Shown here piece by piece: positions 38,200 to 50,755 of a stretch of 64,000 nt of DNA. The DNA comes from Negaprion brevirostris (lineage: Eukaryota): the NCBI GenBank assembly GCA_030324005.1, contig JARDVH010000110.1:40563308-40627307 (forward strand). Direction: 5' to 3'. The translations under genes and the position numbers were made by a program. The notes beneath the pieces were generated by a model, which was not told where the DNA came from, ran no database searches, and was given only the letters and a program-made list of their open reading frames with translations. Position 1 is the stretch's first letter, and every line of letters starts with the position of its first letter.

Positions 38200-39270
38200 G
38201 ACTGACAGAGTCAGAGTTTTATAGCACAAAAAGAGGCCCCTCATATCTGCACTGGTCATCAAGCACCTATTTATTCGATCCCATTTTGTAGCATCTTGTC
38301 CAAAGCCTTGTATGCTGTGGCATTTCAAGTACTTATCTAAATGCTTCTTAAATGTTGAGGGTTCATACCTCTACCACCCTTTCAGGTAAAGTCTCTCACC
38401 ATCCTTTTGGTGAAAATGTTTTTCTTCAATTCTCCAATAAATCACCTTAACTCAAGTCAGTCCTCCTTGCTATTGACCCCTTTGCTAAGGAGAAAAGTTT
38501 CTTCCTATCTTGCCTATCCATATCCTTAATTTGGTACACCTTTGAGGTCCCCTCAGCCTTCTCTGTTCTTAAGAAAAACAACTCCAACCTCGCCAGTTCC
38601 TCTTCATAGCTGAAATGCTCCAGCCCAGGCAACATCCTGTTGAGTCTCCTCTGCACCCTTTTTCATGCAATCACATCCTTCCTATGGTGTTGCCATCAAG
38701 ACTGCACACTGTGGCCTAACGAGCATTTTATACAGCTCCATCGTAACCTTTCAGCTCTTTTTATTAGCCAAGGCATAGAATATAGACAAGTATATCATAT
38801 GCCTTTTTAATCACTGTGTCCTGTTGCCTTCACGGATTTTTGGATGTGCATCCCAAGGTCCCTCTGGTCTTCTGTGCTTCCCAACATCCTACTGTTTGTG
38901 AATTCCCTTGTTTTGTTATGCATCAGCTCACTCTTTTCAGAGTTAAATTCCACTTACCGCCATTCTGCCTATTTGATCGTTTTCTGCTTATATCATCCTG
39001 TCCAAGGCTTTCCTCCTTGACCCCTCCCCACATACCCCAACATTCATGCCTTGATCATTAATGTACACTGCAGATAATAAATGATTTCAGCACTGATCCC
39101 TGTGGTACACCACTGGACACCAGGCACAAAAACAACCTTCAACTGTTACCCTCTGCCTCTTGCCACTAAGCCAATTTTGGATCCAGTTTGGCAAAGTGTC
39201 CTGGATCACGTGGGCTCTTATCTGCTTGATCATGTGGGACCTTGTTCGAAGCTTTACTGACGTTCATGCA
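38200..39270 (-). mobile_element. Degraded CR1 LINE 3' portion
   Basis: ORF 38447..38656 QRRLNRMLPGLEHFSYEEELARLELF; antisense SGVPQGSVL near 39090-39115. Confidence 0.8.
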
Positions 39271-39271
39271 T

Positions 39272-39385
39272 CCAGAGGAAATGCACATGCAAATTCCACA
39301 CAGGCAGTCACCCAAGCCCAGAATTGAATCCAGGTCACTGGCACTGAGGCAGCAGTGCTAACCACTGTACCATCGTGCCTCCCTC
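39272..39385 (-). mobile_element. HE1-like SINE 5' head fragment
   Basis: TGCAAATTCCACACAGGCAGTCACCCAAGCCCAGAATTGAATCCAGGTC...GCAGTGCTAACCACTG. Confidence 0.75.
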
Positions 39386-40119
39386 GTTTGGACATGGGGA
39401 TTTATCCACTTAAGTCTGCAAGTCTCAAAGATTGTGATATTTTAAGGAATTCTACAACTTGATACTACAGTGGCTTGCTCTGAACTTTTTCCCTTTTCAA
39501 AGTCTACCTGCAAGGCAACATGTATCATGTGGAACTTCTGACCAGATAGAAATACTAATCAACTGTTCTCTCGACTGCCTCCCTCCCCAACTCCATTCTG
39601 TCTTTGAATTATTTAAATAAATAAAGTCAGCACAGAAGTTCTTCCCATGGGGATATTAGCATATTTTTCAGCAAGGCTCTTGATTTGGGCCTATTGCAAC
39701 CAAGCTGCAGAGACTTGTCAGGCAAAACTCAAAGCAGGCCACGTAAACTCCTTCATTTCTTAAGTGGCAATGCTAAACATTAACTTAGTTTTTGTAACAA
39801 ATGATCAAAGAAATTTTGAAGGTAGAAAGCTGAAAATTCATTAACTAATCAAACCTCAAGGATAAAGCCACTAAATGAATTCCATCTGCACATATTAGAT
39901 GCTTGGAAAGCTATACCAGAGGCAATATTACACTTATAAATTCTTTATAAGGCAAATAGTACCTGCATATCAGCAATGAACTCATGTGATTTCTCTATAC
40001 AAGCAGGATGATAAGTCAAAGGAACTAGACTGTTGAACATCAGTGATAGGAAAATGGAATTATTACTCAAAGATGTAATTGGATTAATATTTCTAGTTTC
40101 TGGATGTTTTTGAGTGGTT

Positions 40120-40765
40120 AGCATGTTCAAACATGAAAGTCATGCTTGACCAATCTGAACTTGTATGAAGAAGTAATAGAAAGGATAGATAAGGTTATTG
40201 TTCAAACAAGTGTCTGGATTTCCAAAAGCCCTTTAAGGTACGGAACTTAGTTGATTCTAGGTCAAAGCGTGTGGAATCAGAGAATAACTGGATAACAAAC
40301 TGGCTACAGAACAACAGTGGAGGTCAATAGCAATTACTCAGATTAGCAAAAAGTGGTGTTCAACAAGGATTAGTCCTTGGACCATTATTGTTCACTATTT
40401 TCTTACATGTTTTGGAACTGAGAAAACAATTTCAACATTTGCAGGTGATATCAAATAAAGGGTTAATACAGAAAGTTCAGTAGTGTGGACGTAAAGAGGA
40501 TATTTCCACTTCCAGTAGTAAGGATCATAGATATGAGTCACTAATAAGCTTGAGAGGAAATTTTTTACCCAGAAAATAGTTGGAATGTGGAACTCCTCAG
40601 GAGGTAAGTTGTATATGTGTATTTGAGGGGAGTCCAGATACTCGCACAATTGAATGTAGTGTTAGGGTATCTTGATGTGGTTAGATGGAGAAGGATAGAA
40701 GGAGACTTATGTAGAGCATAAACTTGTAGGGCCAAATGGGCTGGTGTGTGCTGCAAGTAATATGT
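40120..40765 (+). mobile_element. Decayed CR1 LINE fragment
   Basis: LDFQKA-, GVQQGLVLGPLLF- and FAGD-like remnants; CR1 tail GGGCCAAATGGGCTG. Confidence 0.7.
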
Positions 40766-41384
40766 AGTGTCTGTTCAGTTGTTGAATAGTCTTATCAGAG
40801 GTGGAGGAATCAAGACCATGACTCTTTCCACCCCCAGCCTGGCCCTCTGTTGTCTTGTATGATGTGTTGCATTGTGTATCTTTATTTGGAAAGAACAGAC
40901 AGATGACAGGTGAGGCTTGCAGTTGATTATGATTGATCAGCTGTTAGTTGTGGCTATGTGCATGAGGTGGACGTATGGAATTTACTGTCCGATTAGGAGT
41001 TGCACAGAGATGCACGCTGCAGGATTGGGTGATAGAGCAGCTCTCATAGCAAGTATGGTCAGAAGTGCCTATTCTCAGTTTTGTTTTCAGAGTTGTGTGG
41101 CAATATCCTGGCTGGTGGACAAGGAAACTTATCTTTCCAGCTCTAGGTAGGTCATTAAATTGCTTCCTATACTTTGTGAACAGTTTGAAAAAGATTATCC
41201 AATGCCATCTCCCTCCAGACTACAGACTGGCAGGAAGTTTAAACCATTATTTTGAAATCTGTTCTTTTCCTGACCCATTTTAAAACTCCAGTGTCATAAA
41301 CATAGTGTATGAGAATAGATTTGGGACTTTCATAAATGGGAATGCCAATGTCATAAACATAATAAAAAGGTACTCAAAGGAAGC

Positions 41385-43480
41385 TTGGTTTATTCATGGG
41401 ATGTGGGCATTGTTGACAAGACTAGCATTTGTTGCCTACCCCTAATTGAACTTGAATTGAGTGGCTTGCCCCACTATTTCAGAGGGCAGTTAAGAGTCAA
41501 CCACGTTGTTGAGTCTGGAGATGCATGTAGCTAGAACAGGTAAGGATGGCAGATTTCCTTTCCTAAAGGACATTAATGAACCAGATGGGTAATCACAGTG
41601 GAGGAAGTAATAGAAAAAGTTGGCAGGATTTAAATAGAGATACCTAAAAAGTTGACATTGCTCCAAGTAAAAGTCATCTGGTTCAGTTGAAATGCACTTG
41701 TGTGATGAGGGGAGTGTACGTTGAAATCATGGAGGCTTTGGCCAGAATTTTCAAATTGCCGGGTATGACAGCAGTGCAAAGGACTATAAGAATGCAAAGG
41801 TTATGCCCCTGTTCAAAAAGGGTAGAGGCATAAACCCAGCAACTACATACTATTCTACCTCATGTCGGTGGGAAATCTTTAGGTTTGATAAACCAAGACT
41901 AAATTAATATGGTAAATAAACCTAAATGATGAATTTGTTAAGCCAAATGGTAATTGTTAGGTAAATATTCTAAAATATGTAGCAGTAAATAAACAGAGGA
42001 AAACATTTAAAACACTTCAAAACATTCAACAAAAATACATTCTATTGAAAAACAACCTTGTTAAAAAAGACCCATCCATGGCTCACTTAGGAAGTTGAAG
42101 ATAGTATTAGATTTTAAAAAGTGTATTAGATTTTAAGAAGTAACTTAGAGGCTTAAAATGTTTGAGAGAACAGTAACAAGTCTGAGGATTGGGAGTGTTT
42201 TAGAAGCCAATAAAGGGTCACCAAAAAGTTGACAAAGGGAAAAATTGCATGAGAATACATTGGTCAGAAATATGAAAACAGATTGTAAGAACTCCTGTAA
42301 GTATGTAAAAGGGAAGAGATTAGTTAATGTAAATATTGGTTGGAAGCAGAAATGGAAGAAATTATCATGGGGGTAATAAGAAAATGGCAGAGACCAAAAG
42401 AGAGAATGCTGGAAAATCTCAGGAGGTCTGGTAGCAGAGAGAAAAGAGCTGATGTTTCGAGTCCAGATGACTCCTTGTCAAAGCTCAATTTGCTCAATGT
42501 CTCTGCCAAATGGCTAAAATATGAAGAAATTCATGTAATCATGAAGGAAAAGTACTGAAGAAATTTAGGACAAAAATCCGTAAAGTCCCAAAACCTAGTG
42601 ACCTACACCCTACAGTTCTAAAAGATTTTACTGCAAAGATAGTGATTGCACCAGCTGTGATTTTGAAAAATTCCTTTGATTCTGGAACACTCCCATAGGA
42701 TTGCAAATTGGCTACTGCAATGTGGCTTTTCAATAAAGGAGGGAGAGATAATGGGGAACTGCAAGCTTTTTATCCTGGTGTCAGTTGTTGGGGCATTGTT
42801 GGAATCTACTTTTAAGGAAATCTTAGTGCACTTAGAAAAGCATAGTATGATTAGAACTCATCAACATGGCTTTATTTAAAGGAATGTCTGATTTGACACT
42901 GTTAGATTTTTTAAAAATGTAACTTGTAGGGAAAATAATGGAGAACCACTAGATGTGGAATACATGGCTTTCCAAATGGTATTCGATAAAGTGCCACAAA
43001 AAAATGCTAGACGGTTCAAACATAAGGGATCTGAGTACAAAAGAAAAAGTTTAGCACAGCCCTTTTCATGAATCTGGTTAAGTGCTACCTGGAAAACTAT
43101 GTCCAATCCTGAACACCATACATGAGAACAACAGAGGAAATTTCCAAAAATAGTAGCAGTGATTGACGTGTTCGGTTACATAGGCTGGAGAAATGGGCTT
43201 GCTGTTTTACAGCAGAGACAGTTAGAGAAGATTTAGTCAAGGTGTTCAAAAACATGCAGTGGCAGAAGGGTCAATAATATCTCAAATTTAAGTTAATTAG
43301 CAAAAAAAAACCAGAGGGGAGATGAGTTTTTTTTCTACTCTATTGTTGCGAACTAGAATATATTGTGTGTAGGATGCTCAAAGCAGACTCAATAGCAACT
43401 CGAAATGAAATACTTGAAGGGGAAAAATGTGCAGGGCTAGGAACAACATTAGATTGGTCTTTTTATTGAAATTGAGGCTT
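41385..43480. mobile_element. Nested CR1-clade fragments (mostly + strand), with an antisense LINE tail at 41385-41590 and a short insert at 42392-42485
   Basis: PLFKKG..KPSNY, HQHGF and FQMVFDKVP remnants of CR1 RT. Confidence 0.7.
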
Positions 43481-43599
43481 TGGTAAACATTAGAATTTTA
43501 CTTTGAATGAAAATTTTGTGAAGTTGGGCGTCACTTACAGGAGTATAAGTTTGTGACTGTTGTGCTCTTTGCAATTGAATTGTTGATTGTTTTTTTCAG

Positions 43600-43702
43600 G
43601 TTCCCAGAGTACCAGTGCAAGCACTCGCAATGGTAGTTCCACCCCAGGAACCTGACCAGTCTCCAGCAAATGTTGGAGCTACGCTTTCTGTCATTAATAA
43701 AG
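43600..43702 (+). CDS. ANKHD1: ANKHD1 coding exon (~exon 14), 103 nt: VPRVPVQALAMVVPPQEPDQSPANVGATLSVINK
   Basis: Poly-T CAG|G acceptor, AAG|GTGAGG donor; conserved VVPPQEPD motif. Confidence 0.93.
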
Positions 43703-46700
43703 GTGAGGGTCTCTTGTTTTCTTATTAGTTGAGGGAGGAAGTTGATGTGTTTTTCTGTGGATTTTAAGTGTATAGTTTCCTTCCCAATTACCATCCCTTA
43801 GGGGCCTGAGTCTCAAACGACACTGAAGGAACCATGAAGGAACATGTAGGAATTGTACCTAACAATTCATTTGATTTCATAAATTAAGCACATGATTTCA
43901 TTTGAGGCAAGTTTAATTCCTAATTTTATTTTTGCATAGATTATTTAGTATTTGTTGAGTGTAACTCAGTTCAAACACTACTTGTGCCCTTTGAAAGTCA
44001 AGATTTTCTGCCTCTTATGGTTTTGATCACTTTTCATAGATGGTCACCTAGCTAATGGCAGGGAACTGGTTTAGGTAGGTTTTGTGTGTAATTCCTAAAG
44101 CTAGAGTTCTAGGGTGAAAATTTTCAAGGCTGAGGCAACCTGTTAGAAAATGCCAATTTACTTTGCTTTTTGAGGTGAGAGAATAGGGAATATTTTGTTT
44201 GAGAGAGACATGCCATTGATATTTTAGCACATAGTCATGATTTCTATTTATAAGGGTTTCAACTGAGACCAGAAAGCTGTTTAAGAAAAAAAACTTGATG
44301 TTACTCATGTCTCTGAAATGGTTCTTAAGGCCATTACAGCATGTATATTGGCTGCTTGGGTGGCCCACGGAGTAAGCAAAATATTGGTCTTGAGAAATGT
44401 GTAGTGTAGTCGATTGTATGTGAAGCTACAGTGTTCTAAAGCTGAGAGAAATTGCATTCCTAGATCATTTTAACTTAGTGCCTCACACAGTCCCCATGAG
44501 GAAGCTGGAAGCTGAGAGAGTACATAAGATGTGTACTCCAAATCCAAGATTCATAATAAAGGTAGTTCAGAAATTTACTGAACTACTTTGCCTAATAAGG
44601 AGTCAAGTATAATCACTATTGCCCATTTCATGCAGTGTCACCATCAATGTTTTGTAAAATGACTTGAGTGCTTTCCAAGAATTGCTGTGCCTTCCAGGCA
44701 TTGCTGAAAGAATTAGTTTACCTTTATAAAGATGATTTCTTGTGATATTGGTGAATTTGTGAATTTATCTGGGGATACAATCTGCTTTACTTAAACAATG
44801 TTGAACCATGGGTCAACCAACACCTNNNNATTAGCAGATATCTCTTAAGAGCAGTATTATGACTGAGGTTTGGCCCTATTTGCTCTTTGATATAAATACT
44901 GGGCTCATTGATGTCAACTTGATCAGGTCTATGGGGAGGAAAAGTATTGAACATTGGATCTAATGACCTCAAAATCCCATGCCTAATAAAGCTTATGGAT
45001 GCTTGAGGTGTGTCCTGAAAATTTGTCATGTTTTCACCCCCTACTTGTGCAAAAGAAGGATTTCCTTTGGTTCACTTGAAAAGTCCAGATCCCATAGGTG
45101 GATTTGTGGCATAAAGGGAACATAGTTACTTCAAGGAATTTTTGTCTAACGTTAAGTACTTTGGAGGTGGAATAATTCTTGTTGCACAAAGGATTTCTGC
45201 TAAAACTGTTAAATGAAGGCCTAGATTTAGCAGTCGATGAGGAAGTCTGGTACATAATATTGGATTTAGATATGTACAATATCAAAATGGTATGTATGTT
45301 GCCAGCTGTCCTACATATTTCCTTCCACATGCTGAAAGCAAGTAACTGTGGCTAAGGAGGAAACTGAGACCTCCATCTTCAATAACTTTCTCAAAATCCA
45401 TTTGTTCAATCAAACTGTAATCACCTCTATCATCTTGGCTCAATCATTTTTCTTTGACCACCTGTGAGCTTTGGAACATTTCATCACATTGAAGATTCTA
45501 TAAAATATAAGGTTCTGTTGATGATAGGAAATGCATTTTTGTATGTCCAAAACTTATACCCATGGTTTGTTTTGTAGTGAGGCAAGCAGTTAACACTGAA
45601 GTTATGCACCTCAAATTGAGGTATGGTGCTCATGCTATAATCAGGCAAACAATGGCATTACATTCAGTTTTACTGTTCACCATGCTGTTCCCTGGTGTCA
45701 GCTGAATTGTAGGGAGTTATCAAGACTGCACTTGTCAGTTAGTGCTCAACCAAAAACAATCCTCCTTGGGAAGGTTTTATGGAAAGATAACTAGGATGTC
45801 TTTGTTTCTGATGTGATGATCCTTGTGGTGGAAAAATAGANNNNNNNNNNTCCATTCCTGATTTAGTAATTCAATACCTGGAGTCTAATAGATTTCCAGT
45901 TGGCATAGCTGATGCTTGACCAACAAGCTTAGCTGCTGAGAGGCCTGTTTTGGAGGTGGGCAGCAATTCAGTTTTACATAGCACAATATAAAAAGTTGCC
46001 GCCTTTGGGTAGTAACCCTAACTTGACAACTGGAGGAAACTTACCATGTTCTGTCCTGGTAAGATATGCAGCACTGGCATAATTAAGCTCCAGCACAACG
46101 TTTAGGCTAAGAGGAAAGATTGGGAGGGTCTTCTCCAAGTCTCTGTATTTAGGCCATTATAGCATTTCCCTACAATGTTCAGCTATATCATGTGAAAAGA
46201 AACTGCTAGTGTGGATTCCTTAATAGCATGATTCAGAGCTGTAACCTTGGTAGTGGGTTTCAGTGTATATCAGGGTACACAACCATTAAAAAAATTGGAA
46301 ATTTTCAGTTTGATTTAGTCTTAGAAATATTATATTTTATGACACAGCTCTCAAATGTGGTCTAATGTGTATCTCAGTATTTTTAAGGATTTAAAACTAG
46401 ATAAAAGATTATTTTAAAAGTGAGTTGAGTGAGAAACATACAAAAGATAGTGGATTTAACATTTACTAGAGTTATTATTCCTAATGCTAGCTACTTATTA
46501 TTTTGGAATGCTTTCATATCTGAATTCATATTAAACTTTGCAGTAGTAAGCTATACTTCTCTATGTATGAAGATAACCAATAACTAGGGGCTCCTTAGTT
46601 AAAGGAAAGCTGAAGACACTGCAGCAATTCTGTTAGTGATCTGAATGACCTCCGATCACCTGAAGGGATTGTTCAGTGGCCCCATGCTAACTTAAGCGCT

Positions 46701-49189
46701 TGCTTTTGTAGGCGAGGATGGTGATTAGTGTATGAAGTATTTTTGCAGGTGTACGGCTGGAATTGTAAGCAAACGTGTGGCATGTGAGATCAACTACTGC
46801 AGTGCCTGCTGACTAACGGCAGGAGGTCTGCTACTGCAAATTTCTATAGTCAGAATTTTTTTCTGGAAGGAGAAACCAATGCTGCCACAAATTTTCAAAT
46901 GATTAGAACAATGATAATTGAGGCTCCATTGTAATGCACTACTCTATCTAGCCTAACTTTTTAAAAAATATCTTTAACTTATTGTTAACAAATACCTGCT
47001 GGGATTGAAATCAACCAAAAGAGCTGTCCTTTTCAAGATGGCTGTTTTAGACTCTCTTAACAAGCCGATGCCTGCAGCTGCCTTTATTGCGAAGTACATA
47101 ATTTTAAACTAGATTAATTAGCAGTGTAGGAATGCATTTAACTGTTGCAAAAAGTAACCTTTTTACATTAAAAGAATTCTCAAGTTATCAAAATATTTTG
47201 TTAGTGTCTTCCAGGGGGATATGCAAGTTGCTTAGTCTGTACAACTAATGGTCCAGACTTCAATAAAGAACTTCTTAATGCTTTCTGCTTAAAGCATGTC
47301 CATCTATATAAATTATATTTTAAGACTTGGATTGCAAACTTCGCTACTTCCGTTTTGTTGTACTAATATTGTTAGTGTTGCCATTTCTCTAGGTGCAGCA
47401 ACCCCAATCAGGACCCAGTTTCAAAAAAAAACACGTGGACAGGTTTTGCTGATCCCAGCAGGTTTAGTTAAGGATTGTCATCTGCTTCATGAGATCTGTG
47501 CTTTGGAATTGGTAAAACTATTAGAGTAATACAACAACAAGAAAGCAGGTGTTGAAGTCATAAGCAATGATCAACATATTGCCCTTTCAATGTTAATTTA
47601 GGATATCCAATTTTTAAACAATGGAATAGGAGCATTATCACCAGCATCCTGTTAGTCACAGCCTTTTCTCAATCGCTTGAAATAAATTTAGCTAAATATA
47701 TAAATATAAAATTAAATCCAGAATTGTTTAGAAAATCCTGATCTTGGTCAACATTATGAATAACGTTACTAATTTACCTGTGTAAATTTTCCTTGCATCT
47801 AGTTTTTGATGCATAATAAGCAGGTGACTGCATATTTTTAAAATATTTTTGAAAAGATTGAGACATTGGAAATGAGCTGTTGTATTTTCATCAACTTGCT
47901 TACAATTTTAAAATGACTTTAATAGTAGTACTAATACAATGAACCAACTGGCCACCATCTACTGTGCCACTCTTCATTCTAGCCAATTTCAGTCCCTTTT
48001 TTTGGATTATTACATGATTGACATTAAATGTTATATGCTAGAATAAAAATAAAACAAATTAGTAGCTAACACTTACTATTGCCCTGTTGTTGAATTAGTT
48101 TTACAAAAATGCAGCTAATATTGAAAAAATATATTGACAGTAAAATTAATATTACTGAAAAAATTAAGTAATTCCAGTCGATAACTGAGCTACTGGACTA
48201 TTATCTAATCTTTTAGCTGTAAAAAGCTTGTTTTTGTTTAAGACATCCAGTTTTCATCACAATATAGCACTGCTCCAAAATTAAAATGCAATTTTTCTGT
48301 GAAAGGTCACTTTGTTATATAATCAAAGGATGTCTGGAAGAGAATTGCAATTCAGATTTGTTTTGGATCACAGTTCATGGGTGTTTTCATGAATAACGAT
48401 ACGCAAATCCTTTTTGTCATTTGTGTAAACACAGCATAGAAGTCATCACATTTGTATGTATTGTTGCGGCAAATGATGTAGTGTTCTTTTTGCCAGGTGC
48501 TTTCACTTGAGGATGGTGTCTTGTAAAACAGAACACTTTCATCTTCTAAAGAAGCAAAATTCCACGAAGTTGTTTGCTTTGGGTCATTGAAGGTAGCTAG
48601 TTGTTAATTGGCCACACGCTGGTATTAGGTCTTACAAACCCAGTGTAAATAGGCATTGCGTGTCCTTTTTAAAAGTAGCTATTTTAAAATGTTTAAAAAT
48701 CCCTTTTTTCAGGCAGCAGAATCTTGTGTGCTGTCCTGCTTTTTGCTTTGACACTGATTAAAACTTATCAGAAAAATGAGATTTGAAAGTTTGAAGATTT
48801 TTCTCCTGGAGTATACAAGGATAATTAATGGATTGTTTAAATTTCCAACAGACCGATATATTTCTATAGGTTTTGAATTTGAGAACTAAGACCAAAGCTT
48901 CAGTATCCTCCTTGTTTTCTTTGGTTTGCCGTTTGTAATACATTTTGGCTGTTTTCAGACTGTCCATGATGCGCCTGCTCACTGTTGGGTGCATTCTTCG
49001 TCCTCCTTACCCCACTAAAATAAAACACTTTTCAGAAATTAGGCTTAAGAAGCATCTTTAATTTTTATTACTGACTAAAGGTCTTTCATCTTGGGATAAT
49101 TTTTAGTATGTTCAATTTTATGCCTTTTCTGAAGAGTGTTTATTCTAGATTATAATTTATTGAGTTCAGGTTCCATCTGCAGTCTTGTC

Positions 49190-49620
49190 CCTGCAGTGGC
49201 TCTCTCTGAACATAGATTTATGGTGTGCCTTTAGCTTAGCTAAAGCACCCAAGGTGCTTCACAGGAGCATTGTGAAACAGAATTTGACAGTCAGGTAAGG
49301 AAATGTAGGGACAGATGATTTTTTTAAAAGCAATAGATTTTATGGAGCTTGTTAAAGGAGAAGGGAGAGAGACAAAGAAGTTTAGGGAAGCAATTTCAGA
49401 GCCTGCAGCTCAAGGAATGGTGGAACGATCAGAAACATAAATTGGAATTGGAGGATTGTAGGGTTAAAGTGGTGCTGAGATGGAAACTGGTGAGGTCATT
49501 GAAGCATTCTATAACAATTTTAAAGTAGAGGTGTTGCTGGATCAAGAAGCAATGAAGGGCACTGAGCATGTGATGGGTGAAAGGGATAGACGTTGAGATG
49601 TGATATGGATAGAAGTAGAT
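49190..49620 (-). mobile_element. Old L2-clade LINE 3' fragment
   Basis: CCCAAGGTGCTTCACAGGAGC...AAAGGAGAAGGGAGAGA...TTTAGGGAAGCAATTTCAGAGC resembles an antisense L2 3' end. Confidence 0.55.
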
Positions 49621-50755
49621 ATGTCAATACACTTTTAATTTGAGAGCTATTAAAGATGAGTTTAATCTGCCTATACCCAGTGACCCTTGTTGGGAAATAA
49701 TAATCAGNNNNNNNNNNCTTCCTGCTGTTCCAGCTGAGATCAACTAAAAGACTATAAATTAAGCTTTTTGTTCAGTATCACCAGGAGTTTTATTGGATGA
49801 AACTGTGGAATCAAGGGAAATTTACCTGTCAACTTGAAATAGCTTTTTGTGAAAAATTAATTTGGAAACCTTAAATATTTGTGTATTCAAAGTTCGTTAG
49901 CATCTTGTTCTTTGTGGTGTCAGCATATGGAGAATGCTGGGAGGTTATAGTATTCAAAGTACATGCATGATTTCTGTTGTACAATTCTTTAAAAAGAGAT
50001 CTGGAGAAACATGGAACAGTTTTTTGAAATGTTACAAACATGAATCAATTATTGTAATTATACAATTGTTAATGTGATTTACCAAGTATCATTCAAAATG
50101 AAAAATAGATTGGGGAATTTTAAGTATTACCATTGGAAAATTTTGGCCAAAGTTCCTTCAGATAGCCATTTTCAGTTGTATCCTGTAACATTTAATCTAG
50201 GTCTTTAACAGAAGTGGTCCAAGTGTAAATGATCTAAATATGATTCGGAAAATTTGAATTTTTACAGTTGAATTATTTGGCAACCTCTTCAGTTGTCCTG
50301 AGCCACTTAAGTTTGATTCAGATATTTCTTGCTCCCAAATATTATAAACTTCAATAGATGTAGCATTCGAACATGGGAATGCACAATTGCTTAGATTAGA
50401 ATATTATAATACTTATTTTTAAAGATGTCTTAATGTTGGTTAGCCATCATGCTATTTTTGTATCTCTGCCCTATATCCAAGTTTAACATTTTCTAGAAAT
50501 ACCATGAAGGAGATACTATTTAATGTAATTTTTTTCCTTTCCCTCTTCCTCTCTGACAAAAAAACATGACATAATTTCAGATAACCCTACAAAAGTGATA
50601 TCTGGAATACAAATACTTCATTAGATTAAACAAAGCAAATGTAGAATAGTTTGTGTTCAGTGCTAGACTGAATAAAAGCCACAAAGTTTACACTGGTTTC
50701 ACATGGGTAAGTAATTTTTGCATGGCATTTTTTCAAACATTTTTCGTGTGCTTAG

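Noticed and set aside
33705-43480. Oppositely oriented CR1 fragments flanking exons 12-13 as circRNA-promoting inverted repeats
   Set aside because: The copies look too diverged from each other to form long duplexes; I cannot support this by eye.
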